32,000 nucleotides of DNA from an uncultured archaeon (GTDB lineage: Archaea; Asgardarchaeota; Lokiarchaeia; Sigyniarchaeales; Promethearchaeaceae), in assembly GCA_964426185.1 (NCBI GenBank), contig CAYRPF010000013.1:1-32000 (forward strand), written 5' to 3'. Shown here in pieces: positions 15,186-23,859 of this stretch. Numbering within the stretch: the stretch's first letter is position 1; each line of letters starts with the position of its first letter. The notes beneath the pieces were generated by a model that did no database searches, had not been told where the DNA came from, and saw only the letters and a list, made by a program, of their open reading frames with translations. The position numbers and the translations under genes are program-made.

Positions 15186-16463
15186 TTAACTCAATTTTGG
15201 CTTACCGAGAATAGAATTACAGATTTCGGATAATTTTTGTCGATATTTCGGCCATGTATATACCCGAATCAATCTTAAATATCCTTTAAAGTGGTTGAAA
15301 AATAGGGAATAATCTTCCAGATTAACGGGGATTTTTTCGCCCGAATCATCTCGTTTGAATGTAAATATCTCGTTCGGCCGAGTTTGATTAATATGATTAT
15401 AAGGAACATTAGGTGAGCTGGGGATATCGATATAAATATCTTCTTTAGAAATATCTGAGGAATTCGCTAATTTTTCCCGTATTTCAGGAATATTTAGATT
15501 GGATTGACTAATTTCGATGTGAGATTCATAGCAGCTTTTAAGTAAACGCCTCCTTTGAATAGAATCCATGAGAGGACGGGCAGAATGAGAGTGTAATAAT
15601 TCTGTCCATAGTGTATAATCATCCCATTGTGTATAATCATCAGGATGGGAATACTCTAAAATATTATTCTCTTTTACCAAGTTTTGAATGGCTTGAGCAA
15701 GCATTATTTGAACTGCTCTACAAGTCTTATGAAAATATATTGTCCTAAATGAACTGATGCGAGAAATTAAATAACCTTCTAGTGCAATTAATGCATTGAT
15801 ATCTATACCCAAAGTAGATTCATTTAATACATCTATGGATAATAATAATCTGTTTATATCTACTGGTCTTCCTTCAGTTCCACAGTGATAATTATCTCGA
15901 AGTAAATAATCCATGGAATCAACGTTAACGGCACTTGTAATAATTTGAGAAATTAAAGCACTTTTAGGATTTGCTTGGGCAATTGTTTGTCCAGTCGCAA
16001 CTTCAGCAATAATTTTTTTATCATAGCCTAAATCTGAAATAATATCGCCCAATTCTGATTCGGTAATTATCCAACGAGTATAATCTTCATGATCACGGTT
16101 ATTGTATTTCAATAAGATACTCTCAAAGTTATGGGAAAAAGGTCCATGTCCTACATCATGACAAAGGGCAGCAATTAAACAAGTATTCACTTCTTCCAAT
16201 GAAAAATCGACTCTATGATAAGTGACCAGATTGTGAAGCAACCGCTTCGCAAGTGCTGCTACACCTAAAGAATGCTCAAATCGGGTATGATTTGCACCTG
16301 GAAAAACATGATTAGTTCCAGAAAGCTGCCGAATCCGCATTAGACGCTGTATTTGGGGTGAATCCACGATATGTCGTATGAAATGAGGAAAAATCACAAA
16401 TCCATGAATGGGATCATTAATTTTCAAGATTTTTAATGATGTATTAGAAAGCAAGATCGTCAT
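15186..16463 (-). CDS. HD-superfamily phosphohydrolase, SAMHD1/dNTP triphosphohydrolase-like
   Basis: DPIHG, QRL.RIRQL, FPGANHTRFEHSLGV, LCHDVGHGPFSH, D.MDYLLRD, IYFHKT. Likely start ATG 16463. Confidence 0.9.
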   Translation of the reverse strand: MTILLSNTSLKILKINDPIHGFVIFPHFIRHIVDSPQIQRLMRIRQLSGTNHVFPGANHTRFEHSLGVAALAKRLLHNLVTYHRVDFSLEEVNTCLIAALCHDVGHGPFSHNFESILLKYNNRDHEDYTRWIITESELGDIISDLGYDKKIIAEVATGQTIAQANPKSALISQIITSAVNVDSMDYLLRDNYHCGTEGRPVDINRLLLSIDVLNESTLGIDINALIALEGYLISRISSFRTIYFHKTCRAVQIMLAQAIQNLVKENNILEYSHPDDYTQWDDYTLWTELLHSHSARPLMDSIQRRRLLKSCYESHIEISQSNLNIPEIREKLANSSDISKEDIYIDIPSSPNVPYNHINQTRPNEIFTFKRDDSGEKIPVNLEDYSLFFNHFKGYLRLIRVYTWPKYRQKLSEICNSILGKPKLS

Positions 16464-16553
16464 ATATCTTTGTGTGCATGATTTTAAAAAGATTCCCGCA
16501 AAAATACTCGCAAAAATTATTAAGGATACCACGTCCAATACCTATCAGAGATC

Positions 16554-17048
16554 ATGGAATTGATGGATGATCGCCCAGAAGATGGCGCTTTTAAAATTTA
16601 TTTTAAAGGGGTAGGATATGAACCCGAAAAAGATTGGAGTCTCACCTTTTTTTATAACTCCAACATAGTAGAACCTTTCAAGGATTTTCAGAATTTCCTC
16701 AGGCAATATAATGAACTTTCTCGAAAAAAGCGGGCTCTGTCATTTAATAATATTGCAAAAGTAATCAAACATGGTTCAATAGAAAATTACAATGTTCAAA
16801 ATTACTATGTTTTATTGCGGAAAAAAAAAAATAAGAATGAAAAAAGCCTTGATAATGAAGGACCAGTAGAAGAAATCAGAGAAGGATATTTACTAGCCCG
16901 GTTGAAATCCCAAGAAGATCTAATCTTGGGATATTGGCCTTATGAATTTTTCTACCATCATTTAGAATTACAGCATGTTCCGGTAGTATCTATTAACCGA
17001 ATTATAGAAAGTCCTGAAGAATTTGAAAATATTTTACTGATCTCTTAA
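16554..17048 (+). CDS. Hypothetical protein
   Basis: 164-aa ORF filling the gap, divergent from the HD gene; no recognisable motif. Confidence 0.7.
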   Translation: MELMDDRPEDGAFKIYFKGVGYEPEKDWSLTFFYNSNIVEPFKDFQNFLRQYNELSRKKRALSFNNIAKVIKHGSIENYNVQNYYVLLRKKKNKNEKSLDNEGPVEEIREGYLLARLKSQEDLILGYWPYEFFYHHLELQHVPVVSINRIIESPEEFENILLIS

Positions 17049-17096
17049 ATCTTAAAAAACCGAAAAATTTAAACAAAACGCTTCTATATTTTTATT

Positions 17097-17246
17097 ATGG
17101 TGTATGTTTGCGCAAGTAAGGAATGTCAAAAAGAAATCACCAAGGAACAGCTAAATCAGTTACCTGGTGTGAAGTGTCCTCACTGTGGTGCACGTATTTT
17201 ATTCAAAAAACGCCCACAAGTTATTAAACGCGTAAAAGCAATTTAA
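17097..17246 (+). CDS. rpoP: DNA-directed RNA polymerase subunit P (Rpo12/RPB12), absent from the ORF track
   Basis: 49 aa: MVYVCASKECQKEITKEQLNQLPGVKCPHCGARILFKKRPQVIKRVKAI. The CPxCGxRILFKKR motif is characteristic. Confidence 0.93.
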   Translation: MVYVCASKECQKEITKEQLNQLPGVKCPHCGARILFKKRPQVIKRVKAI

Positions 17247-17290
17247 TTTTTTATTCATATTGGATAATTTTCATTAATCCAATTTTGAGA

Positions 17291-18250
17291 TTAGAGTCTA
17301 TTTACTTTTAGAGAATTTGCCAGCTCTTTATATCGATTTCTTACAGTAACTTCGGTTAAATTGGCAACTTTTGCTATTTCCTTTTGAGTTTTGCATTCTC
17401 CCGACAATAAAGTCGCTAAATAAATTGAAGCAGCTGCTAAACTGCTGGGATCTTTTCCTGATGTAATTCCTTGTTTATGAGCAAATTGTAAGATTTTTGC
17501 TGCTTGATATTGAGATTCAGGAGAGATTTGCAAATCATAGGCAAATTTGGTAACAAATCGTGTCGGAATAACATTAGGTATTTTCAAATGAAGAAAAGTA
17601 ATTATAATTCGATAGCTTTTACTTAAATCACGTTTAGAGATTCCTGAAACTTGCTGAAATTCATCTAGAGTTTTAGGTATAGTTTGGATTCGGCATGAAG
17701 TATATAAAGCAGCTGCTACCATACTTTCAATAGTGCGTCCCTTAATTAAATTTAATTCTAAAGCACGACGATACAAAATTGCAGCGTTTTCTTGAACAAA
17801 TCGAGTTAAATTTAACTGAGAAGCGATACGAGTTAGATCTGCCATTGCAATGGAAAGATTCCTTTCTTTAGGAGATTGAATACTGAGGCGATTCTGCCAT
17901 TTCCGCAATCGAAATGCAAGATATCTATTATAAGGTGATAAGATGTGTCCTTTCCCATCATAATTATGACTATCTATCATAGTAAATAGCCCTTTGTCAT
18001 GATATAACATTGAAGGGGGATGTCCAGTTCGTGATTTGGAAGAAGAAACCTCCATTGTGAAATCTCGCCATTCTGGGCGGCAATCAATAAGTGATGATTC
18101 TAAAATCACACCACATTGACTGCAAGTTCGTTCTCCACGCTTAAAATCAATTAATATATGATCTCCATTGCAATAGGGACAAAGGTCATGGGAGAAATTA
18201 TTTTGTAGTATATTCTGGTTTTTTCCATATATTGAGGTGATAGATTTCAA
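17291..18250 (-). CDS. tfb: Transcription initiation factor IIB (TFB)
   Basis: Zn ribbon CPYC...CSQCG, PEWR.F, ERNL..A, GRTIESMVAAALY, GKDPSSLAAASIY, TQKEIA.VA..TEVTVRNRYKEL. TTG start. Confidence 0.95.
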   Translation of the reverse strand: MKSITSIYGKNQNILQNNFSHDLCPYCNGDHILIDFKRGERTCSQCGVILESSLIDCRPEWRDFTMEVSSSKSRTGHPPSMLYHDKGLFTMIDSHNYDGKGHILSPYNRYLAFRLRKWQNRLSIQSPKERNLSIAMADLTRIASQLNLTRFVQENAAILYRRALELNLIKGRTIESMVAAALYTSCRIQTIPKTLDEFQQVSGISKRDLSKSYRIIITFLHLKIPNVIPTRFVTKFAYDLQISPESQYQAAKILQFAHKQGITSGKDPSSLAAASIYLATLLSGECKTQKEIAKVANLTEVTVRNRYKELANSLKVNRL

Positions 18251-18304
18251 GTCAAAAAAGAAGTAAAAATTTGACTTTATAACTTTTATAGAAAAAAAGT
18301 CCGC

Positions 18305-18985
18305 TTATTTTAAATCAGAATACTTGCGAGGTTTGATGGAAAATCTTAAAGGAAATAAGACAAAAAGCAAATTCGATAAGAGGATTATGATCGCAAGAAA
18401 AAGTAAAATTCCTTCATAAATTGTTAAATTCTGTAACCAATATTGCAAGTTTTCAGTAGATAATGTTGTGGAAAACAAGGGTCTAATTGCTAATAATATG
18501 ATTAATAGTGTTAAAACTGAAATAATCGTAGAAAAGATTACATTAAATAGGCTTAATTTCCATAAATTCGACTGATTGGAAATTCTTCGGCGCCAAACTC
18601 CTGAATTGTGATAATTTTGGAATATTTCAACATTTCGCCTAACCTTTCGGAAGAGAAATAGATTTTGAAAGAAATTCCTTAGTTTTAACCAAAAAAGTGA
18701 AGGTTGAGTTTCCCGAATGAATTCTTTAATTTTCTTAATATTGTCAGAATCTTTTGGTGAATGTTTGAGTTCCTTGAGTATATATATATTTGGGTTAAGG
18801 AATTTGTTCAATATTTTATTGTACAGTTCTTCAGCTTCATATTCATCATAAACAACTTCTTCATGGGGTCGATATATATAGATTTCTTTTGCATCTTCAT
18901 CAAGCACTAAGGCGAGCTCAGTAGGATTTATTTTATCCGTTTTAATAAAATCATTCGCTTGAATTTTGTACAAGGTTAGAGACAT
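18305..18985 (-). CDS. Membrane protein with a degenerate N-terminal gelsolin-like domain and two C-terminal TM helices
   Basis: LYKI...LALVLDEDAKEIYIY...EYEAEELYNKI resembles the gelsolin-repeat core. Two long hydrophobic helices near the C-terminus. GGAGG RBS upstream. Confidence 0.55.
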   Translation of the reverse strand: MSLTLYKIQANDFIKTDKINPTELALVLDEDAKEIYIYRPHEEVVYDEYEAEELYNKILNKFLNPNIYILKELKHSPKDSDNIKKIKEFIRETQPSLFWLKLRNFFQNLFLFRKVRRNVEIFQNYHNSGVWRRRISNQSNLWKLSLFNVIFSTIISVLTLLIILLAIRPLFSTTLSTENLQYWLQNLTIYEGILLFLAIIILLSNLLFVLFPLRFSIKPRKYSDLK

Positions 18986-19055
18986 GTTGTTTCCTCCATT
19001 TTCATCTCCAATAAATTCAAAAAAAAAAGAGAACTCATGTTAAATCAAAAATCGG

Positions 19056-19697
19056 TTAAAAACCGAAGACATTTCGAAAATCAGCATAAGCTTGTGCTAA
19101 TTTTGATAATACCGTTTCATCATTTTGATCTAAATAATATTGGATATAACCTGCTAATCCATTCGGATCATTGATCCAACTTAAAAATCCATTAATTTCT
19201 TCTACTAAAAAAGGATCTACCCCACTTGCAGCTGATACAGTAGATGTTTCTTCAGTTGATTGTACAGGAGTATCGCTATTTTTACCAAGTTCCTCGCCTT
19301 CAGCCATGTACGGTCCGCTTTCTCTCATTTGGTTGGCAGCTCTAACTACGTCTACATACGCGTTCCTTCCATCTACACCTGGTGGAGCATAACCAATAAC
19401 CACATATTGATCATTGGGATCTGGTGAAAATGCACCACAAAGAAATGAACGCTCCTTATAATTCACTCCTGAAAAATATTCTGCAGTATTCATTAAGAGA
19501 GAATATTTTACACCTTGTAATTTAACAAATTGTGATCGGGATTGCCATTTACTGATACATTGTTTTAGATCTTCTTGTTCAACCTGCCAATTAGATGAAA
19601 TATAAACAATCTCACCGTTTTTTCGCCCTACTAACGCAGCAATAATTAATCCTTTATTGAAAAGTTCTGTACAAATTGCATCAAAATCAATCGGCAT
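19056..19697 (-). CDS. Asgard-type profilin with an acidic linker and an extra C-terminal helical domain
   Basis: AALVG.KNGEIVY.SSNW, LQGVKY.LL.NTAE..SG.N and VIGY.PP...RNA..DV..AA follow the Loki-profilin pattern. About 85 extra C-terminal residues. ATG 19697 is preceded by GGAGA. Confidence 0.8.
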   Translation of the reverse strand: MPIDFDAICTELFNKGLIIAALVGRKNGEIVYISSNWQVEQEDLKQCISKWQSRSQFVKLQGVKYSLLMNTAEYFSGVNYKERSFLCGAFSPDPNDQYVVIGYAPPGVDGRNAYVDVVRAANQMRESGPYMAEGEELGKNSDTPVQSTEETSTVSAASGVDPFLVEEINGFLSWINDPNGLAGYIQYYLDQNDETVLSKLAQAYADFRNVFGF

Positions 19698-19763
19698 GTT
19701 TTTTACATCTCCAATTACAGTCAAATTTCAGTTGTTAATATTTAGGTTCTCTCGCCTAATAAT

Positions 19764-20258
19764 TTATTTCTTTTTTAGATGGGCTTTATTATTATTTTTT
19801 TCCCCTTTTCTGCGATTTCTAAATATAAATCGATCTTGAACGGTTTCTATTTTGTGATGAGTTTTAAAAGATTGCGATGGTTGATGTGCATGATCTTTTG
19901 ATTCATCATCAACAACCAGAAATTCTAACATATCATAAAATTCGGCATGATGGTCGTCATATCTGCGCATTTGCTTAAAATGGCTGTTTAAAGCAGTTTC
20001 TGAATGGTAAATCTTCCCACAAACTGGGCATTGAAAAGATATGTGCTCTAATTTCTTCTTCAAATGATCTTCCACAGTTTCTTTAACTTGATATGCTTTT
20101 TTTCGGGAATATCGAGCGGAACATTGATGCCGAATAGGTTTACCGTAGATAGGCAAGTTGAAAAACACTTTAGCACCTCTGGTACTTTCCCAATAAAGAA
20201 TAGATTTTCCGCAATATCGACATTTTGTGGGAAAACTTCTCAACCGAATATGCTTCAT
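19764..20258 (-). CDS. Double Zn-finger protein (CxxC...HxC plus a C2H2-type finger)
   Basis: CRYC...KVFF...HQC and FQCPVCGKIYHSETALNSH...HH. Confidence 0.75.
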   Translation of the reverse strand: MKHIRLRSFPTKCRYCGKSILYWESTRGAKVFFNLPIYGKPIRHQCSARYSRKKAYQVKETVEDHLKKKLEHISFQCPVCGKIYHSETALNSHFKQMRRYDDHHAEFYDMLEFLVVDDESKDHAHQPSQSFKTHHKIETVQDRFIFRNRRKGEKNNNKAHLKKK

Positions 20259-20358
20259 TTCTTACAACATATTATTAAGGGAATGCATCAAAATCAATTT
20301 ACCGACTTCTTTATATTTTAAAAAGATTTATTTTAATTTATTAGAAGTGAATTGAAAA

Positions 20359-20916
20359 TTGAAAAACTCAAAAAAAATAAGTGTTTCTACAAGCGTTTGG
20401 GAAAGATTAGAAGACTTTAAATTGAAATTACAAAATAAATTACAGCAGCAAGTAAATTGGGATGAAGTTTTCACCTTTTTCTTGAATGAAAATTATTTTT
20501 CAAAAAATAAAACTAAATCAATCATTAAACCCCACACACAAATAAAGACACCTACTTCTTTACCAAATTCAAAGCAAACAAACACCAGACCCCTTTATGA
20601 TCAAACTTTAGGAATCCCTCCTGCTCCAAAAAAAAAACCTATTCAGGTGAATCTCAATAAGAAAGATATGAAACTATTAGCAAAAAAGGAGACGAAAGAA
20701 ACAAAATACATTCTTATTGAGTGCAAACTTTGCGGAACTAAACCTATTATAATGCCGATTCCAAAGAAGATAGTGCTTGAAGCTCATGAGCCAGTTGTTG
20801 ATATCTCATACATCCATGGAAATCCCGAACATGTTATTGTTGCTCAATTAGATCACGATTTTCAAGTACGACGACGACGAGTCAGTCAAGTTGTCTACGA
20901 GAAAGATTATCATTAA
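20359..20916 (+). CDS. Hypothetical protein: N-terminal ribbon-helix-helix-like segment, Pro/Lys-rich linker, C-terminal Cys/His Zn-binding-like domain
   Basis: KKISVSTSVWERL...VNWDEVF (RHH-like); CKLC...H..PEH.IVAQLDHDFQVRR. TTG start. Confidence 0.65.
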   Translation: MKNSKKISVSTSVWERLEDFKLKLQNKLQQQVNWDEVFTFFLNENYFSKNKTKSIIKPHTQIKTPTSLPNSKQTNTRPLYDQTLGIPPAPKKKPIQVNLNKKDMKLLAKKETKETKYILIECKLCGTKPIIMPIPKKIVLEAHEPVVDISYIHGNPEHVIVAQLDHDFQVRRRRVSQVVYEKDYH

Positions 20917-21896
20917 TTTCTTTTTTCAATTCCCTTAACAAGATTTACCACTAATCTATTAAATGGGGCAGTTTTTTTCTTATTTTTTGCTAAATCGACA
21001 ACTTTTTGATTTAAAAATTCAATTTCTGTATGTTTATTCCTCTTCAAATCTTGTAACATGCTATTGGAATTCTGTTGAGTCAATTGTAAGATATTTTTAA
21101 TTATTTGTAGTAATTGATCTTTGGAATTAATCGAAATTTTATATTCGTCCAAAATTGAAAGGATTTCTGAAATTATATCTTCTGCAATTTCCCAGAAATA
21201 TGAAAGAGTTAGCAATTCTCCGTTAGTTTTACGCCAAAGTGCACCTATTGGATTTATCACCATATTAACAATTGCTTTTTCCCAGATCTTTTGCAATGAC
21301 TTCTCAGATATTTCAGTTGAAATATCCGCTTCATTCAATATTTGCACAAAGTAGTGAATTGGTTCAATATCGTTAAGATCAAAAGGAGTTTCGCAGATAA
21401 ATGAAGAAATATGGCAAACATAGTTCAATCCTGAACCAGTTTGAATGAGGTGATGATTAGCTACAAGTTCTGCACCCATGGTGGATATTATTCGATAAAC
21501 ATTCATTTCAGGATATTTTAGTTTGAGAATTTCTTCATTTCCTAATCCATTTTGAAGTAAAAAAATGCGAGAGAATTGACTTAAGATATAGTGATATTCA
21601 GAAATGATTTGCGATAAGGAATAAGATTTGCAAGCAACTATGCAATAATCAAAAAATAGGGTGTGTGCTTCATTAGAATACTCCTCGTAAAAGGAATCCT
21701 TACTAAAAAAGTGAAAAGAAGGAAATTTGGAATATTTTTTTCCATCGACTTCGAATATAAATCCTTGTTTTTGGATTGTCATGTATACATTATTCGAACC
21801 GATTGCTGTTATTTCATGAGATTTTAATGCCAACTTCACACCGAATAAACAACCAATTGAACCTGCACCGATTATTAGTATCTTCATTGAATCCAC
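20913..21896 (-). CDS. panE: 2-dehydropantoate 2-reductase (ketopantoate reductase)
   Basis: IIGAGSIG Rossmann motif, CKSY, LQNGLGNEE, IWEK...N..INP, NSMLQD...TEIEFLN. Confidence 0.93.
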   Translation of the reverse strand: MDSMKILIIGAGSIGCLFGVKLALKSHEITAIGSNNVYMTIQKQGFIFEVDGKKYSKFPSFHFFSKDSFYEEYSNEAHTLFFDYCIVACKSYSLSQIISEYHYILSQFSRIFLLQNGLGNEEILKLKYPEMNVYRIISTMGAELVANHHLIQTGSGLNYVCHISSFICETPFDLNDIEPIHYFVQILNEADISTEISEKSLQKIWEKAIVNMVINPIGALWRKTNGELLTLSYFWEIAEDIISEILSILDEYKISINSKDQLLQIIKNILQLTQQNSNSMLQDLKRNKHTEIEFLNQKVVDLAKNKKKTAPFNRLVVNLVKGIEKRN

Positions 21897-22801
21897 TTAT
21901 CCAATTTAACTTTAGATTTTGATTTTTTACGGTATTTTTTGTGGAAAATTTGTTTTATCACATTGATATCATTAGCAGCTTTCAAATTTAATTTTGGCAA
22001 GATATCAAGAGCATTTTTCACCGCATATCCACTGAAATGGTTATTAAAAAATACCGAAACTCGAGTATTTGGATTATCTTTTCGATATGAATTTATTTGA
22101 TTCGCCCAATGTACCAATTCTTGCTCACTGAACTGATAATTCCACCACGGATTCTTACCAAAGCCATGGAATCGAAGATAAAATAAATTCTCACAAGGAG
22201 TTATAAAATCTGGGGGTAATTGTGGTTCGATTACTGCGCAATATCCGAATTTATAGAGAGTTAACACTTCCATTACATCTGGTGTTAACCAAGAAGAATC
22301 TCGGAATTCAACCACACCTTGCCATGATTGATGAGTAAATTGCGGTCCTAACAGTTCTTTACCTTTAGTTTCTCTCCATTCAGCCCAAAAACTCAAAAAT
22401 GATTCCAAATTTTCTTTATGCTTGGGGAATACAAAACTGGGTGGAAGCTGAATTAAATGGGCAATGTGTTTATGATTCCCTTCCAATGGAGCAAAATTAT
22501 CTAAATAAAGTTCCAATTCCTTTCTGCATTGTTGGATATTTAATTTTGCTTTGTGGGTTATCGCTTGATTTACTTTAGAACTAAAATGAAAATAATCTGG
22601 TGTTTTTTGAGCCCAATTTTCTACAGTTTGTTTTTTTGGAATGTAATAAAAACTACTATCAATTTCAACCGCATTAAAGATCGAAGAATAAAATTCTAAA
22701 TAAGCAGAAGTTGGTAAAAAATCAGGATAAAAAATATTAACCCAATCAGGTTGATAAGACCAGCCACAAGTTCCTACAAAGATATCAGGAAAATCTGCCA
22801 C
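21884..22801 (-). CDS. DUF72 (YecE/UPF0759) family TIM-barrel protein
   Basis: GTCGWSY..W...FYP, FNAVEIDSSFY..P, ITH, QLPPSF, VEFR..SW, YLRFHG, FFNN. GTG 22801 preferred over TTG 22852. Confidence 0.9.
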   Translation of the reverse strand: MADFPDIFVGTCGWSYQPDWVNIFYPDFLPTSAYLEFYSSIFNAVEIDSSFYYIPKKQTVENWAQKTPDYFHFSSKVNQAITHKAKLNIQQCRKELELYLDNFAPLEGNHKHIAHLIQLPPSFVFPKHKENLESFLSFWAEWRETKGKELLGPQFTHQSWQGVVEFRDSSWLTPDVMEVLTLYKFGYCAVIEPQLPPDFITPCENLFYLRFHGFGKNPWWNYQFSEQELVHWANQINSYRKDNPNTRVSVFFNNHFSGYAVKNALDILPKLNLKAANDINVIKQIFHKKYRKKSKSKVKLDKWIQ

Positions 22802-22814
22802 TTCGAGCCAAATC

Positions 22815-23753
22815 CTACTGACCGTATATTTTTCCAATAGTATCAGTATCAAGTGAAGATTCTTTAGTCTTTTTAATCTTCTTACGGAATGAAATTAGTT
22901 GATCATTTTCAAGTAAGTGTTGAAATTCGTGAAATTCTTCCTCAGATATACTAAAACTATGTTCCAGTGTAGGAAAATTCTGAGTTTTAACATCATGAAT
23001 ATATGATTCAGCAGCTTGGAGCATAATATTCCATAGATGAGCATACTGTTTAACGAATCTATATGGTTTTGAATTTGAGAATCCAAGCATGTCTTGAGCT
23101 ACAAGAACTTGCCCATCACATCCATTTCCTGCTCCAATTCCAATTGTAGGAATTTGTAGATGGCGAGAAATTTCACGAGCAATTTGCCACGGAACCATTT
23201 CCAACACAATTGAAAAAGCTCCAGCTTCTTCCAGTAAAATTGCATCTTCTATCAATTTTTTTGCAGCTTCTGCAGTTTTTCCTTGTAACCTATACCCCCC
23301 TAGTTGATGGAAATATTGTGGTGTCAATCCTATATGAGCCATTACTGGAATACCATTTGATACTAGAAGTTTAACTGTTTCAACTCTTTCACGCCCTCCT
23401 TCAATTTTAACCGCATCTGCGTCTCCTTCTTGTAAGGCACGACCAGCATTTAGAAGAGCTATTTCAGGTGTAGCAAAACTCATAAAGGGCATATCTGCAA
23501 TAACCATTGCATGATTTGCTGCTTTTGCAACGGCAGTAGTATGACGTATAATATCATCTAGTTTAACTTTTAGAGTATTTTCTTTTCCATATATTACCAT
23601 TCCCATGGAATCTCCCACAAGAAGCGCATCGATACCTGAAAATTCAAATACTTTCGCCATAAGGTAATCATAGGCAGTTAATACAGAAATTTTTTCACCT
23701 TTTTCTTTCATACAAAGAAAGGATTGAGGTGAAACTTTTTTTGTTGGGCTCAT
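22815..23753 (-). CDS. panB: 3-methyl-2-oxobutanoate hydroxymethyltransferase
   Basis: LTAYD, LLVGDS.GM, IADMPFMS, AVKIEGG, HIGLTPQ, TIGIGAG..CDGQVLV..D.LG. Confidence 0.96.
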   Translation of the reverse strand: MSPTKKVSPQSFLCMKEKGEKISVLTAYDYLMAKVFEFSGIDALLVGDSMGMVIYGKENTLKVKLDDIIRHTTAVAKAANHAMVIADMPFMSFATPEIALLNAGRALQEGDADAVKIEGGRERVETVKLLVSNGIPVMAHIGLTPQYFHQLGGYRLQGKTAEAAKKLIEDAILLEEAGAFSIVLEMVPWQIAREISRHLQIPTIGIGAGNGCDGQVLVAQDMLGFSNSKPYRFVKQYAHLWNIMLQAAESYIHDVKTQNFPTLEHSFSISEEEFHEFQHLLENDQLISFRKKIKKTKESSLDTDTIGKIYGQ

Positions 23754-23859
23754 TCTCTATTATTTGGTTTCTTTCTGAGAATCATTTCTTTTTTTGGTAT
23801 GAATCAGTATAGTAGAAAATGTATTAGTATATACTATTATTTCTGTGTTATAACCAATT

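Noticed and set aside
23825-23836. Palindrome TAGTATATACTA upstream of panB
   Set aside because: Short and AT-rich; plausible by chance.
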